Source: an uncultured Acetobacteraceae bacterium (lineage in GTDB: Bacteria; Pseudomonadota; Alphaproteobacteria; Acetobacterales; Acetobacteraceae). From it: DNA of 64,000 bases. The stretch is taken from positions 6,440 through 70,439 of the forward strand of contig CAXTLC010000009.1 of assembly GCA_964245075.1 (NCBI GenBank), in the 5' to 3' direction. Made by a program: the position numbers and the translations under genes. The notes beneath the pieces are model-generated. The model did no database searches. It was given only the letters and a program-made list of their open reading frames with translations, and was not told the DNA's origin. Positions 36,672 to 47,658 of the stretch are shown piece after piece. Each line of letters opens with the position of its first letter. Within the stretch, counting starts at the first letter, position 1.

Positions 36672-38033
36672 GTGATGGAACAATCATCTTCCGCGCTCGG
36701 AATGCAACACGGCTGCCGCCCGCGGGTGCTGGTGATCGCCGAGTCCTGCAACCCGGAATGGGAGAGCATTCCGCTGGTGGGCTGGTCCCACTATCACGCC
36801 CTGAGCGAGCTGGTGGACGTGCACCTGGTCACCCGCAATTGGAACCGTCCGGCGCTCGGGCGGGCCGGGCTGGTGGAAGGGCGGGACTTCACCGCCCTGA
36901 ACACGGACGCGCTGTTCAAGCCGGCGGAGCGGCTGGTCCGCCGCGTCAGCGGCCCCAACAAGGGCTGGGCCATGCTGACCGGGCTGTCCATCCCGTCCTA
37001 CATCCTGTTCGAATGGCTGCTTTGGCGCAGTTTCGCGCAGGCGCTGCGGGCCGGCGAATATGACCTGGTGCACCGCATAACTCCGCTCAGCCCGGCGGTG
37101 CCCAGCCCGATCGCCAAACGCTGCCGCCGCCTCGGCGTGCCTTTCGTGCTCGGACCGCTGAACGGCGGCCTGCCATGGCCCAAGCAGTTCCCCGGCCTGC
37201 AACGGCAGGAAGGCGAATGGCTGTCCCGATTGCGGAACGCCTACCGCCTGGTGCCGAGCTACCGCTCCACGAGGCAGGACGCCGCAGCGCTCATCCTCGG
37301 CGGACGCAGCGCGCAGGCTGACCTGCCGGAACGCTGGCATGGCAAGGCGGTGTACGTGCCGGAGAACGGCATCGAGCCGTCCCGCTTCCCCCGCCCGCCT
37401 GAGCGCACCGCCGACAGTTACCGCGGCCGGCCGTTGCGCGCCGTCTTCCTCGGCCGGCTGGTGCCCTACAAGGGCGCCGACTTGGTCATCGAGGCGGCGA
37501 CGCCCCTGCTGCTGGACGGGCGGATGACGCTGGAGATCATCGGCTTCGGTCCGGAGGAGCTGAAGCTGGAGCAGATGGTGGCCGAACGCGGGCTGGGCGC
37601 CGCCGTGACGCTGACGGGCAAGCTGCCGCACCCGGAGGTTTCTGGCCGGCTGCGGCGGTCGGACCTGATGACCTTTCCTTCCGTGCACGAGTTCGGCGGC
37701 GCCGTCATCCTCGAGGGCATGGCCGCCGGCATCGTCCCGGTCGTGGTGGATTACGGCGGCCCCGGCGAGCTGGTCAGTCCCGGCAGCGGATTCCTGCTGG
37801 AGCTCGGGGATCGGGACGCGGTGGTGAGGAGCCTGCGCGCCACGCTGGAGGCGGTCTCGGCGGACCCGGGGCAGTTGGCGGCCATGTCCCGCCGCGCGGT
37901 GGACCGGGCGTTCGGCCTGTTCAGTTGGCCCGCCAAGGCGCGGCAAACGGCGGAGGTGTACCGCTGGGTGCTCGGCCAGCGGCCGGATCGCCCCCATACG
38001 TCGATCCCGTTGCCGGACCCGGCGCCGGTATGA
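36672..38033 (+). CDS. Glycosyltransferase family 4
   Basis: LVIAESCNPEWES, FLGRLVPYKG, FPSVHEFGGAVILEGMAAG (Ex7E). Confidence 0.92.
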   Translation: MMEQSSSALGMQHGCRPRVLVIAESCNPEWESIPLVGWSHYHALSELVDVHLVTRNWNRPALGRAGLVEGRDFTALNTDALFKPAERLVRRVSGPNKGWAMLTGLSIPSYILFEWLLWRSFAQALRAGEYDLVHRITPLSPAVPSPIAKRCRRLGVPFVLGPLNGGLPWPKQFPGLQRQEGEWLSRLRNAYRLVPSYRSTRQDAAALILGGRSAQADLPERWHGKAVYVPENGIEPSRFPRPPERTADSYRGRPLRAVFLGRLVPYKGADLVIEAATPLLLDGRMTLEIIGFGPEELKLEQMVAERGLGAAVTLTGKLPHPEVSGRLRRSDLMTFPSVHEFGGAVILEGMAAGIVPVVVDYGGPGELVSPGSGFLLELGDRDAVVRSLRATLEAVSADPGQLAAMSRRAVDRAFGLFSWPAKARQTAEVYRWVLGQRPDRPHTSIPLPDPAPV

Positions 38034-39268
38034 GGTTCGCGGCGTCCCTGGCGGAGCAGTGCTGCGGCTCCCTGCTCACCTTCGTGATCAACCTTTGGCT
38101 GATCCGCAACGGCGCGCCGCATTCCTACGGCGTGTACGTGTTCTGGCTGTCGGTGGCCTGGGTGCTCGGCACGGCGCAAGGCACGCTGGTGATTGCGCAC
38201 CTGTTCGCGCTGCCTTCCGTGCAGGATCACCCGGCGGCCCGGCGGGACCCGGAGCGGCTGTTCCTGACCGTGACGCTCGGGCTGCTCGTCCTCGCCGCCA
38301 TCGGAGTGGCCGCTGCGAACGCGGTGCTGGCCGCCAGCGGATCGGAACTGGCCTCGCCCCAAGCGATGCTGTTCATTCCCGCCTTCCTGCTGTTCCAATA
38401 CGTCCGGGCTTTCGCCTTCTCACGCCAGCGGCCAGTCCTGGCAGCGTGCTTGACCGGCCTCATCCTGCTCTCGGCGGTGGCGGCGTTGGTGGCGGACTTC
38501 GCCTTGGGCCACCGGCCGGATGCCGCGCGGGTGCTGCTGCTGACCGCGTTCGCCTACGGCCTGTGCTCGCTTCTCGTGCTGCTGGCGTTGCTGGGCGGGA
38601 TGCGGCCGATGCTGCGGGCCGGGGAGATCCGGCGTCATGCCCATCTGCTGCACGGGTCCGGCTGGCTGATGCTCGGCGCCGGATCGGGGGAGGTGACGAG
38701 CCGGCTGTACAGCTTTGCCGTGGCCGGGCGGTTCGGCCCGGACGCGCTGGCGGCGCTGTCGGCGGTGCAGGTGGTGATCCGGCCGGCGTGGATGCTGTCC
38801 TCCGCCTGGTCCTCCGTCGGCTTCCCGCAGATGTCCGCCCGCCGGGCGACGGGCGACCGCGACGGGCTGGTGCGCACGATGCTGTCCGGCGCCGCCATGA
38901 CGGCCGCGGGCAGCCTGGCTTGGACGGCGCTGGTCATCGCCGGGTGGCCGTGGATTTCCGGTGCGCTCTACCATGGCCGCTACGAGCAGATCGGGCCGCT
39001 CGCATACCTTTGGGGTGGCAACGTGGTGCTGGGCAGCGTCGCGGTGGCGCTGAACACGGCCATGCTGTCCTTGGGGGAGTACCGCCGGCTGGCGCTGCTG
39101 GATCTGGCGGGAGCCGTCGTGACGGTGGGCGCGATGGCGGCGCTGCTCCCCCGGTTCGACTATCCCTACGCCGTCCTCGCGACCATCACGGGCCAGGCAA
39201 TGCAGGTCGGCCTCATGGCGCTGGTTCTGCAAGGCCGCTTGCGCCGGCCATTGGCAGTCGCCGCGTGA
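38030..39268 (+). CDS. Polysaccharide flippase (Wzx-like)
   Basis: About 12 TM helices; ATGA overlap with the GT4 stop; position in the polysaccharide locus. Confidence 0.7.
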   Translation: MRFAASLAEQCCGSLLTFVINLWLIRNGAPHSYGVYVFWLSVAWVLGTAQGTLVIAHLFALPSVQDHPAARRDPERLFLTVTLGLLVLAAIGVAAANAVLAASGSELASPQAMLFIPAFLLFQYVRAFAFSRQRPVLAACLTGLILLSAVAALVADFALGHRPDAARVLLLTAFAYGLCSLLVLLALLGGMRPMLRAGEIRRHAHLLHGSGWLMLGAGSGEVTSRLYSFAVAGRFGPDALAALSAVQVVIRPAWMLSSAWSSVGFPQMSARRATGDRDGLVRTMLSGAAMTAAGSLAWTALVIAGWPWISGALYHGRYEQIGPLAYLWGGNVVLGSVAVALNTAMLSLGEYRRLALLDLAGAVVTVGAMAALLPRFDYPYAVLATITGQAMQVGLMALVLQGRLRRPLAVAA

Positions 39269-40595
39269 CCGGATGCGCGGAACGCCGGGTGGCGGGGCGG
39301 CGGGTGAGCATGTTCCACTTCTCAAGGTCCAGCGCAGCCAGCACGAAGGCGACCGCCAGCACTGAGTTGTTGGAGAACAGGTTCGACTCCGTCAGGTTGT
39401 GCACCAGCAACCCGATCAACAGCGCCATGTGGAACGCCGCGGTCGGATACGCCATGCGCCCGCTGCGCCAGGCCACGTCCGCCGGCTCCGCCCGGCTGAT
39501 GGCGCGGCCGGCGAGGCCCAGGGTGCGGAACACGACGAACAGGCCGCCTGCCAGCCCAAGGACGCCGCCCGTCGCCAGCAGGTCCAGATAGCCCTCATGC
39601 GCCTCGTTGATGATGGCGTAGACGCCGAACCACATGTCGGATTTCAGGCTGGGCTGCACCGCCGGATCGATCGCCCAGAACGAGGCGTAGCCGGCGCCGA
39701 GCCAGGGCCGCTTGCCGATCTCCTCCATGACGAAGGACCACAGGTCGGTGCGCCCGGTGAAGGTGGCGCCCCGCATCGGCAGCCATGGGTCCACCCCCGT
39801 CGCGCCGCACCAGGCAAGGTAAGCGAAGGCGAGCGCCAAGACCGCGGTGGGCACCGCCACCGCGACCGCGGCCAGCATCGGCCGGGGCAGGCGCGCCGCC
39901 CCCAGGACCAAAGGCATCACCATGGGCGCCAGCAGCACGATGGATTGGCTGGTGGTGGACCGCGTGGCCACCAGCAGCCCCGCCATCATCAGCACGGCCC
40001 CGGCAGTCGCCGCCCGCGCCAAGCGTCCCCGAAGCAGGAAGAACGCGCTCGACGCGGACAAGCAGCCGTACATCATCAGCAGCCCGGTCTGGTTCTTTTG
40101 CAGTTGCAGCCCGGCCAGGCCCTCGTCCGTCATGGCGTAGCCCGGCATGACGATCCAGGTCAGCAGGTCCGCCCCCGCCGCCGCCGTGCACACGCAGGCG
40201 ATCAGCACGTGCACGCTCGCTGCCCGCCGCACCCCCGCCAGCAGGATCACCGACAGGACCAGCTGCACGACGGAGAACAGCACCCGGCGCATCGCCGCAT
40301 CCGGGTCCAGCGCCCACGCGACGCTGGCCGCGAAGTAGGCGTAAAGCAGCAGCAGCGCCCAGCTCGACCGCATCAGCGCCAGCACGGTGCGCCAGCGCGC
40401 CGCCGCCACCGGCACGGACATCGCCAGCAGCCCCAGCCACACGAAGCGGTTCAGCGGGTTCACGTGGTCCGTCGCGAGCGCGGTGTCCCGGTCGAACTCC
40501 GGGATGCCGACGATCGCGTACAGCAGCATCAGCGTCAGCACGACCAGCGTCAGCCGGTTCACCCAGGGATCGGCATGCGCGTCCATCGCCGCCAT
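39213..40595 (-). CDS. Wzy polymerase / O-antigen ligase family protein
   Basis: QKNQTG, ATRSTTS, TFTGRTDLW, RPWLGAGYASFW, EAHEGYLDLL. Confidence 0.88.
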   Translation of the reverse strand: MAAMDAHADPWVNRLTLVVLTLMLLYAIVGIPEFDRDTALATDHVNPLNRFVWLGLLAMSVPVAAARWRTVLALMRSSWALLLLYAYFAASVAWALDPDAAMRRVLFSVVQLVLSVILLAGVRRAASVHVLIACVCTAAAGADLLTWIVMPGYAMTDEGLAGLQLQKNQTGLLMMYGCLSASSAFFLLRGRLARAATAGAVLMMAGLLVATRSTTSQSIVLLAPMVMPLVLGAARLPRPMLAAVAVAVPTAVLALAFAYLAWCGATGVDPWLPMRGATFTGRTDLWSFVMEEIGKRPWLGAGYASFWAIDPAVQPSLKSDMWFGVYAIINEAHEGYLDLLATGGVLGLAGGLFVVFRTLGLAGRAISRAEPADVAWRSGRMAYPTAAFHMALLIGLLVHNLTESNLFSNNSVLAVAFVLAALDLEKWNMLTRRPATRRSAHPVTRRLPMAGASGLAEPAP

Positions 40596-40645
40596 CTGCC
40601 ACGCGGCCGCGCCGCCCGTCCACAACTCCCGCGCAGGAAAATCCT

Positions 40646-41572
40646 ATGACCGAGCCGGCCATCAGCGTTGTCATCCCCTGCTACGACCGGATCGCCCTGC
40701 TGTCACGAACGTTGCACGCGTGCTTCACGCAACGATGCGACGCGCCGTGGGAGATCGTGGTCGCCGACAACCATCCCGCCCGCCTGGCCGCGCCGCTGCT
40801 GGCCGGGCTGTCCTCGCCGGTGCCGCTGCGCCACGTGGCGGCGGGCGAGCGCAACATCGCCCGGGCGCGCAACCGCGGGGTGGCGGCGGCGCGCGGCGCG
40901 CTGGTGGCGTTCGTGGACGATGACGAAGCGCCGGAGCCGGGCTGGCTGAACGCTCACCACGACTGCCTGCGCCGCACCGGTGCGGACGCGAGCTTCGGCC
41001 CGAAATACCCGGTGTTCGAGGGCGGCGCCGCCCCGGCCTGGGACCCGGACGGCCGGTTCTACACGACCGATTTCGGCCTGCCCGCGGATGCCGAGCTGCG
41101 CCCGCTCGATTGGTGGCCGCCGCAGGCGCGCGGCATCGGCACCGGCAACTCGATGCTGCGCCGCGCCACCTGCCTGCCCGGCCCGGCGCCGTTCGACGAG
41201 GTGTTCGGCCGCAGCGGCGGGGAAGACTCGATGCTGCTGCTCGGCCTGTCCAAGCGTGGCCGCCGCTTCGTCTGGTGCCCGTCCGCCACCGTGCGGGAGT
41301 TCAACGAGGCCGCCCGGCTCCACCCGTCCTACATGGCCGCCCGGGTGCGCCGCAGCGCGCGCCATTCCGCAGCCGTGCGGGTGGCGATCAGCGAGCGCAA
41401 GCTGCTGACCCGGCTGGGCACCGGCGTGGTGGGTCTGGGACAACTGGGCGTGTACGGCGCGCTGTGGGCGGCCACGCGGAAGCCGCGTTACGGGCTGCAG
41501 ATGAGCAAGGGGATGGGCAAGCTGGGGTTCGGCGAGCTGGAGTTCGTGCCGGAGAAGGCGGCGGCGATGTAG
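40646..41572 (+). CDS. Glycosyltransferase family 2
   Basis: VVIPCYDR, VVADN, NIARARNRG, AFVDDD, GGEDS. Confidence 0.9.
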   Translation: MTEPAISVVIPCYDRIALLSRTLHACFTQRCDAPWEIVVADNHPARLAAPLLAGLSSPVPLRHVAAGERNIARARNRGVAAARGALVAFVDDDEAPEPGWLNAHHDCLRRTGADASFGPKYPVFEGGAAPAWDPDGRFYTTDFGLPADAELRPLDWWPPQARGIGTGNSMLRRATCLPGPAPFDEVFGRSGGEDSMLLLGLSKRGRRFVWCPSATVREFNEAARLHPSYMAARVRRSARHSAAVRVAISERKLLTRLGTGVVGLGQLGVYGALWAATRKPRYGLQMSKGMGKLGFGELEFVPEKAAAM

Positions 41573-41914
41573 CACAATCGAGCCACGTCGCTCCTGTTCA
41601 TGCGACCGTGGCAGGGTCGAGCGCAAGCGGGCCTCGGTGCGTCGAGCGCCCGTGCCCCTTGTGGGCGTCGTGGGCGGGTGAGTGAAGCGTCATCCGCTGC
41701 CGCCGCGCCCAGGTGGCGGAAGGCGCTCCGCCCGTCCATCCCGCCCGACGTGCCGGGGGCACTCGGGTCGCTGCCCGCCTTGCCTGAAATAGCCGTCTGC
41801 TCCCGCCAGGTGTGACAGCAGTCGTTCTGCTGCCCCCTCCGCCTCGCGGAGAACCGCCTTCCAAACTTGCCCCGCCCCATTGCCCGTGCCTTACCCGCCA
41901 GACACATGGGGCCC

Positions 41915-43621
41915 ATGAGCACCACCGACCTCGCCCCGCCCCCCGCGCCCAAGCTGTCCGGCGTCGAGGCGCTGAAGGCGTCCAGCCACGGCTTGCGCGG
42001 AGACCTCGCCACCGAACTCGCCGGCGCGCCGCGCGGCGGGGTGTCGGAAGGCGCCTACAACCTGCTCAAGTTCCACGGCACCTACGAGCAGTACGACCGC
42101 GACACCGCCACCGTGCGCAAGCAGGCCGGGCTGGACAAGGAATGGCAGTTCATGGTCCGCGTCCGCGCGCCGGGCGGCATCATGACCGCGGCGCAATACC
42201 TGGCGCTGGACGAGATCGCCGGCCGCTACGCCAACGGCACGCTGAAGATCACCACCCGCCAGGGCCTCCAGTTCCACGGCACCGTGCTGGGAGACCTCAA
42301 GGCCGAGATCGCGGCGGTCAACCACGCGCTGATGACCACCTACGCCGCCTGCGGGGACGTGGCGCGCAACGTGATGACCACGCCCGCGCCCCGTCGCGAT
42401 GCGGTCCATGCCCGGTTGCAGGCGGACGCCGTCATGCTGTCCACCCGCCTGCTGCCGCAGAGCCGCGGCTACTACGAGGTGTTCCTGGACGAGCCGGCGG
42501 AGGATGCGGCGCCGGCCGAGGAGCCGGTGTACGGCGCCACCTACCTGCCGCGGAAGTTCAAGGTCGGGTTGGTCCACCCGGCGGACAACACGGTGGACGT
42601 GCTGGCCAACGACCTGGGCTTCGTGGCCTTGTTCGACGGCGACGCGCTGCTTGGCTACCAGGTGTATGTCGGCGGCGGCCAGGGCATGACCCACAACAAC
42701 CCGCGCACCTATCCGCGCGTCGCCACCGTGCTTGGCTTCATCGGCCCCCATCAGCTCTGGGACGCCACGGAGGCGGTGATCGCCCTGCACCGTGACCATG
42801 GGGACCGCACCAACCGCCGCCGCGCCCGGCTGAAATACGTGGTGGACGACCACGGCACTGACTGGGTGCGCGAGCAGATCACCAACACCTACGGCCTTGC
42901 CCTGCAACCGCCGCGGGACATCCCGAAGCTGCAAGTCCCCGACCTGCTGGGCTGGCACGAGCAGGGGGACGGCAAGCTCTGGCTGGGCGTCCCGGTCAAC
43001 GCCGGGCGCATCGCCGGAAGCCTGCGCACGGCGTTGCGCGACGCGGTGAACTGCTTCGGCGTGCACCCGGTGTTCACCCCGCAGCAGGACGTGCTGCTGA
43101 CGGACGTGCTGCCGGCCGACCGGGACGCACTGGATGCCCTGCTGCGCGGACACGGCATCACGATGGCGGAGGACCTGACGCCGCTGTCCCAATGGGCGCT
43201 GGCCTGCTCCGCCTTGCCGACCTGCGGCCTGGCGCTGACGGAGGCGGAGCGGGTACGCCTGCCGGCGGTGGCGGAGATCGAGCAGGTGCTCGCCCGGCAC
43301 GGCATGGAGCGCGAGCGGATCAGCTTGCGCATCACCGGCTGCCCGAACGGCTGCGCGCGGTCCTACACCGGGGACCTCGGCCTGGTCGGCCGCGTGCCGG
43401 GCCAGTACGCCGTCTTCATCGGCGGCGACTTCGAGGGCACGCGGCTCTCCTTCAAGCTGCTGGAGCGGGTGCCGTTGGAGGCGCTCGGCGCCACGCTGGA
43501 GCCGATCGTGGCGGCCTGGGCGCGGACCCGCGCCCCCGGCGAGGGACTCGGCGATTTCTGCACCCGCATGGGCCTCCCCGCGCTGTTGCAGATGCTGCCA
43601 GGCGCCAAGCTGGCGGCCTAA
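41915..43621 (+). CDS. Siroheme sulfite reductase (CysI/Sir-type hemoprotein)
   Basis: [51 protein letters not shown] and TGCPNGCAR 4Fe-4S/siroheme ligands. Confidence 0.92.
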   Translation: MSTTDLAPPPAPKLSGVEALKASSHGLRGDLATELAGAPRGGVSEGAYNLLKFHGTYEQYDRDTATVRKQAGLDKEWQFMVRVRAPGGIMTAAQYLALDEIAGRYANGTLKITTRQGLQFHGTVLGDLKAEIAAVNHALMTTYAACGDVARNVMTTPAPRRDAVHARLQADAVMLSTRLLPQSRGYYEVFLDEPAEDAAPAEEPVYGATYLPRKFKVGLVHPADNTVDVLANDLGFVALFDGDALLGYQVYVGGGQGMTHNNPRTYPRVATVLGFIGPHQLWDATEAVIALHRDHGDRTNRRRARLKYVVDDHGTDWVREQITNTYGLALQPPRDIPKLQVPDLLGWHEQGDGKLWLGVPVNAGRIAGSLRTALRDAVNCFGVHPVFTPQQDVLLTDVLPADRDALDALLRGHGITMAEDLTPLSQWALACSALPTCGLALTEAERVRLPAVAEIEQVLARHGMERERISLRITGCPNGCARSYTGDLGLVGRVPGQYAVFIGGDFEGTRLSFKLLERVPLEALGATLEPIVAAWARTRAPGEGLGDFCTRMGLPALLQMLPGAKLAA

Positions 43622-43641
43622 CAAGAACAAGGAGCACGCCC

Positions 43642-44823
43642 ATGGACACCGGATTGGCCCCGCCCCCGCTCGACATGCTGTGGTTCCTGCCCACCGGCGG
43701 GGACGGCCGCTACCTCGGCTCCTCCATGGGGCAGCGCAGCGTGGACAACCGCTACCTCCGCCAAGTGGCGGTGGCGGTGGACCAGCTCGGCTACACCGGC
43801 ATCCTGCTGCCGACCGGCAACGGCTGCGAGGATGCGTTGGTGACCGCGTCCAGCATCGCCCCGTTCACCGAGCGGCTGCGCTTCCTGGTGGCGATGCGGC
43901 CCGGCCAGGCCACCCCCGGGGAGGCCGCGCGGCAGTACTCGGCGCTCGACCGGCTGAGCGGCGGCCGTTTGATGGTCAACCTCGTGTGCGGCGGCAATCC
44001 GAAGGACCTTGCGGGCGACGGCGTCACCCTCGGCCATGACGAGCGCTACGCCCACGCGTCCGACTTCCTCCATATCTGGCGCGGGCTGATGGCCGGCGAG
44101 ACGGTGCAGCACGAGGGCGCTTACCTGTCGTCGGCAGGCGGCAGGCTGAATTTCCCGCCGGTGCAGGCGCCGCACCCGCCGGTGTACTTCGGCGGGTCCT
44201 CCCCGGCCGGCCATGCGCTCGCCGCGGCGCAGGCGGACGCATACCTCACCTGGGGCGAGCCGCCGGACGCGGTGGCCGGCAAGATCGCCGACATCCGCCG
44301 CCGGGCCGCTGCCCACGGGCGCACGCTGCGCTACGGCATCCGGCTCCACCTGATCGTGCGTGAAACCGAGGGCGAGGCCTGGGACGCGGCACGCGGGCTG
44401 ATCCGCCACCTGTCGGACGACATGATCGAGACTGCCCAGCGCCGGCTGGCGACGGACAGCGACAGCGAGGGCCAGCGCCGCATGCTCGCCCTCCATGGCG
44501 GTTCGCGCGAGCGGCTGGAAGTGGCGCCGAACCTGTGGGCCGGCGTGGGCCTGGTCCGCGGCGGCGCCGGCACCGCGCTGGTGGGTGATCCGCAGACGGT
44601 GGCCGACCGCATCCGCGAGTACCAGTCGCTCGGGATCGATACCGTGATCGCTTCCGGCTACCCGCACCTGGATGAGGCCTACAGGGTGGCGGAACTGCTG
44701 TTCCCGCTGCTCGGCTTGCAGCGGGACGCGGCCAAGGGCGGTCCCAGCCTGATGACCGGTGGCGGATCGTTCATGACGACGGATGCCTTCCCGGCGCCGG
44801 CTGCTGCCCGGCGGGCACGGTGA
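43642..44823 (+). CDS. ssuD: FMNH2-dependent alkanesulfonate monooxygenase
   Basis: [71 protein letters not shown]; AAGGAG RBS. Confidence 0.9.
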   Translation: MDTGLAPPPLDMLWFLPTGGDGRYLGSSMGQRSVDNRYLRQVAVAVDQLGYTGILLPTGNGCEDALVTASSIAPFTERLRFLVAMRPGQATPGEAARQYSALDRLSGGRLMVNLVCGGNPKDLAGDGVTLGHDERYAHASDFLHIWRGLMAGETVQHEGAYLSSAGGRLNFPPVQAPHPPVYFGGSSPAGHALAAAQADAYLTWGEPPDAVAGKIADIRRRAAAHGRTLRYGIRLHLIVRETEGEAWDAARGLIRHLSDDMIETAQRRLATDSDSEGQRRMLALHGGSRERLEVAPNLWAGVGLVRGGAGTALVGDPQTVADRIREYQSLGIDTVIASGYPHLDEAYRVAELLFPLLGLQRDAAKGGPSLMTGGGSFMTTDAFPAPAAARRAR

Positions 44824-45761
44824 CGATCGGGCGCCGCGGCGTCCTGGCCGCCTTGGCCGCGACGCCGTTCGCTGCCGCGCGCGCCGCACAGCCGTTGCGG
44901 ATCGGCTACCAGAAGAACGGCTCGCTGGTCATCCTCAAGCGGCAAGGCACGCTGGAAGCGCTGTTCGCCCCCCGCGGCATCGCCGTGGGCTGGGCCGAGT
45001 TCAACGCCGGGCCGCCGATCCTGGAGGCGATGAACGCCGGCGCGATCGAGTTCGGCATGGCCGGCGACACCCCTCCGATCTTCGCGCAGGCCGCGGGCGT
45101 CAACTTCGTCTATGTCGGCGCCCAGCCGACCACCGGGGAGAACGAGGCGATCCTTGTGCGCGAGGGCGGGCCGGTGCGGACGCTGGCTGACCTGAAAGGC
45201 CGCCGGGTCGGCTACACCCGCGGATCGAGCGCGCACAACGCATTGATCCAGGCCCTCGCCTCTGTTGGATTGACGCCCGCGGACATCCAATCGGTTCCCT
45301 TGCAACCGCCGGACGCGCTGGCGGCGTTCCGCAGCGGCAGCCTGGATGCCTGGGTGATCTGGGACCCGTTCCTGGCCATCGCCGAGCAGGACGCGGCGAC
45401 CCGTGTGCTGGTTCAGGACACGCAGGTCGCGCCAAGCAGCAACTTCGTTCTAGCCCGGCGCGACTGGGCCGAGCACGCGCAGGATCAGGTGCGCGTGCTG
45501 CTTGGCGCGATCAACGGCGCTGCGGACTGGGCGAAGCATAACCCGGAAGCCTTGGCAGGCCTGTTGGCGGAAGTCACCGGCGTGCCGCTGGCCGCGCAAC
45601 GGGTCGCGGCGCCGCGCGGCTTCTACGCGGTGCAGCCGATGGACGACCACATCGTGGCGCAGCAACAGGAGATCGCCGACACGTTTGCGCGCCTGCGTAT
45701 CATCCCCGCCCGCATCGACGTCCGCCGGGCCGTGCTGCCGCCCGCGGCCGACCGGTCATGA
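44820..45761 (+). CDS. ssuA: Aliphatic sulfonate ABC transporter substrate-binding protein
   Basis: [44 protein letters not shown]; GTGA overlap with ssuD. Confidence 0.88.
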   Translation: MTIGRRGVLAALAATPFAAARAAQPLRIGYQKNGSLVILKRQGTLEALFAPRGIAVGWAEFNAGPPILEAMNAGAIEFGMAGDTPPIFAQAAGVNFVYVGAQPTTGENEAILVREGGPVRTLADLKGRRVGYTRGSSAHNALIQALASVGLTPADIQSVPLQPPDALAAFRSGSLDAWVIWDPFLAIAEQDAATRVLVQDTQVAPSSNFVLARRDWAEHAQDQVRVLLGAINGAADWAKHNPEALAGLLAEVTGVPLAAQRVAAPRGFYAVQPMDDHIVAQQQEIADTFARLRIIPARIDVRRAVLPPAADRS

Positions 45762-45925
45762 GCGACGCGAGGGAGTGGCCGGCAGCCTCGCCGGACCGCT
45801 TGGCCCGATCGCGCTTGGCTCAGTCGCTTTGGGCCGAGCACGGCTGGGCGCTGTCGGGCCCGCAGGTCGGGGCCTTGCTGGCGCTCGTGCTTCTGGCCAT
45901 GGCACTCGGCGCCATCTTGGGCTGA
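45758..45925 (+). CDS. Small membrane protein (55 aa) coupled to ssuA
   Basis: ATGA overlap; [55 protein letters not shown] (C-terminal TM helix). Confidence 0.5.
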   Translation: MSDAREWPAASPDRLARSRLAQSLWAEHGWALSGPQVGALLALVLLAMALGAILG

Positions 45926-45937
45926 TGGCCGCGGCGG

Positions 45938-46681
45938 TCACCGCATCGCCCGCCGGTAGCGCACGGCCAGCCACAGCAGCGGCAACTGGCTGGTGCGCAG
46001 CCGCTTGCCCATCCGCCGCGGCTCGCGCACCAGGCGGTGCAGCCATTCCAGCCCGGCGCGCTGAACCGCCCTCGGCGCGCGCTTCACCAGCCCCGTCGCG
46101 AACAGCAGGGACGCGCCGATGCACAGCCCGGTGCCGACCGCCCCGCCCCGCTGCTGGATCTGCCAGCCCAGCATCTCCGACTGCGGCGCGCCACAAGCCA
46201 GGAAGACGTAGCGCGCCGGGTGCGCCAGCACGAAATCCACGCAGCGCGCGACTTCCTCGGGTTGGGTGATGAAGCCGAACGGCGGATCGTGCCGATGCAG
46301 GTTGCGCCAGCCGAATCGCCTGCGCAGCCTCCGCTCCATCTCCTCCGTGCCGCCGACGATCGTGATCGCGTCATCTGGCTGGATCGCCCCGCGCAGCATC
46401 GCCAGAACGAGGTCGCTGCCCAGCGCCAGCGGAAGCTGCGTGCCGAGCGTGATTAGTGCCAGCCGGGCCACGACGCGGCTGTCGTTGAGCCGCAGCCAGG
46501 CGGCGTCAACCCCGGTGCGGAAGCCCGGCTCGTCCCGCTCGTAGTTCACCACATGCACGGCATTGGGGGTCACGACGTAGGCGAACGGCGCTGCGGGCGG
46601 GCGGGCGACGATGGCTTCGAGCGCGCCCTCCATGTCCAGCGGCGAGAACAGCATGCCGAAGGCCGCGATGTCCGGCGTCAC
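45938..46681 (-). CDS. WecB/TagA/CpsF-family glycosyltransferase
   Basis: YVVTPNAVH, LNDSRV, GSDL, HDPPFGF, FLACGAPQSE, IGASL, RAGLEWLHRLVREPRRM. Confidence 0.92.
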   Translation of the reverse strand: MTPDIAAFGMLFSPLDMEGALEAIVARPPAAPFAYVVTPNAVHVVNYERDEPGFRTGVDAAWLRLNDSRVVARLALITLGTQLPLALGSDLVLAMLRGAIQPDDAITIVGGTEEMERRLRRRFGWRNLHRHDPPFGFITQPEEVARCVDFVLAHPARYVFLACGAPQSEMLGWQIQQRGGAVGTGLCIGASLLFATGLVKRAPRAVQRAGLEWLHRLVREPRRMGKRLRTSQLPLLWLAVRYRRAMR

Positions 46682-47658
46682 GGCGCCGGCGCTTTCTCGA
46701 TGTGGTACAACGGGATCTTGCGCCACCAGAACAGCTTGCCCGCCGCTGCGGCCGTGCCGAGCACATGGCCCACCAGGCGCTGCTTGCCCGCCGCCCCGGT
46801 GAGCGGCCTCAGCAGAGCAAGCGCCGCCAGCGCGGCGCTCCCCCCCACGGCCTGCGCGGCGCCCCGCGCCATGATCCCGGCGGCGCTGCGGCTCGGCGCG
46901 GGGGCGTGCCGCACGGCGGCGGCGGTGTAAACCTGCGCGCCGCTGTAAGCCCGCATCGCCTGGTAGCGCAGCCCGGTGCGGCCGGCCGGGACCGTTTCCC
47001 AAACCCCCGCCTCCGCGCACCAGACGAAGCGCCGGCCCCGCCCTTCCAGCCGCAGGAACAGGTCAAGGTCCTCGCCGCCGGACGCGCCGAACGCCGGGTC
47101 GAACGGAAGCGGGTCGGTGAAGCAGGTGGCGGCCCGCCATAGCGAGGACGCCGTGCTGATCGCGAAGCCTCGGGTGCGGCCCGGCCCCCCGGCGATCAGC
47201 GCCGTGCCGGATGGCACCGGCAGCACACGGGTGAAGCGGCTGGCGGCCGGGTCCCAGTCGGGCGGCGCGCCGGCGGCAAAGCGGGGCCGCACCGGGCCGA
47301 CCGCGACATCGGCGCCCGTTTGCGCCAGCGTGTCGATCAGGTGGTCCAGCCAGCCCGGCTCCACCTGCAAGTCGTCATCCAGGAAAGCGACCAGCTCCGC
47401 CCCGGCCGCCCGCAGCCCGGCGTTGCGCGCCACCGAGATGTTGGGCGGCGAGGCCGGCGCCCAGCGCACCGGCCGCCCGGCCGCCGCCAGCCCGGCCGCG
47501 AACGCGCTGGCATGGCCGGACGGGCTGTTGTCGGCGATCACCACCTCGAACGCCGTGCCGCGCCGTGAGCCGTCCCGCAGGCAGCTTTCCACCGCGTCCC
47601 GCAGCATGGCGAGCCGGTTGAAGGTGCAGATCACCACGGAGGCTGCCAGCGCCGTCAC
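46678..47658 (-). CDS. Glycosyltransferase family 2
   Basis: VVICTFNR, IADN, NISVARNAG, AFLDDD, GGEDLDLF; GTG overlaps the upstream stop. Confidence 0.9.
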   Translation of the reverse strand: MTALAASVVICTFNRLAMLRDAVESCLRDGSRRGTAFEVVIADNSPSGHASAFAAGLAAAGRPVRWAPASPPNISVARNAGLRAAGAELVAFLDDDLQVEPGWLDHLIDTLAQTGADVAVGPVRPRFAAGAPPDWDPAASRFTRVLPVPSGTALIAGGPGRTRGFAISTASSLWRAATCFTDPLPFDPAFGASGGEDLDLFLRLEGRGRRFVWCAEAGVWETVPAGRTGLRYQAMRAYSGAQVYTAAAVRHAPAPSRSAAGIMARGAAQAVGGSAALAALALLRPLTGAAGKQRLVGHVLGTAAAAGKLFWWRKIPLYHIEKAPAP

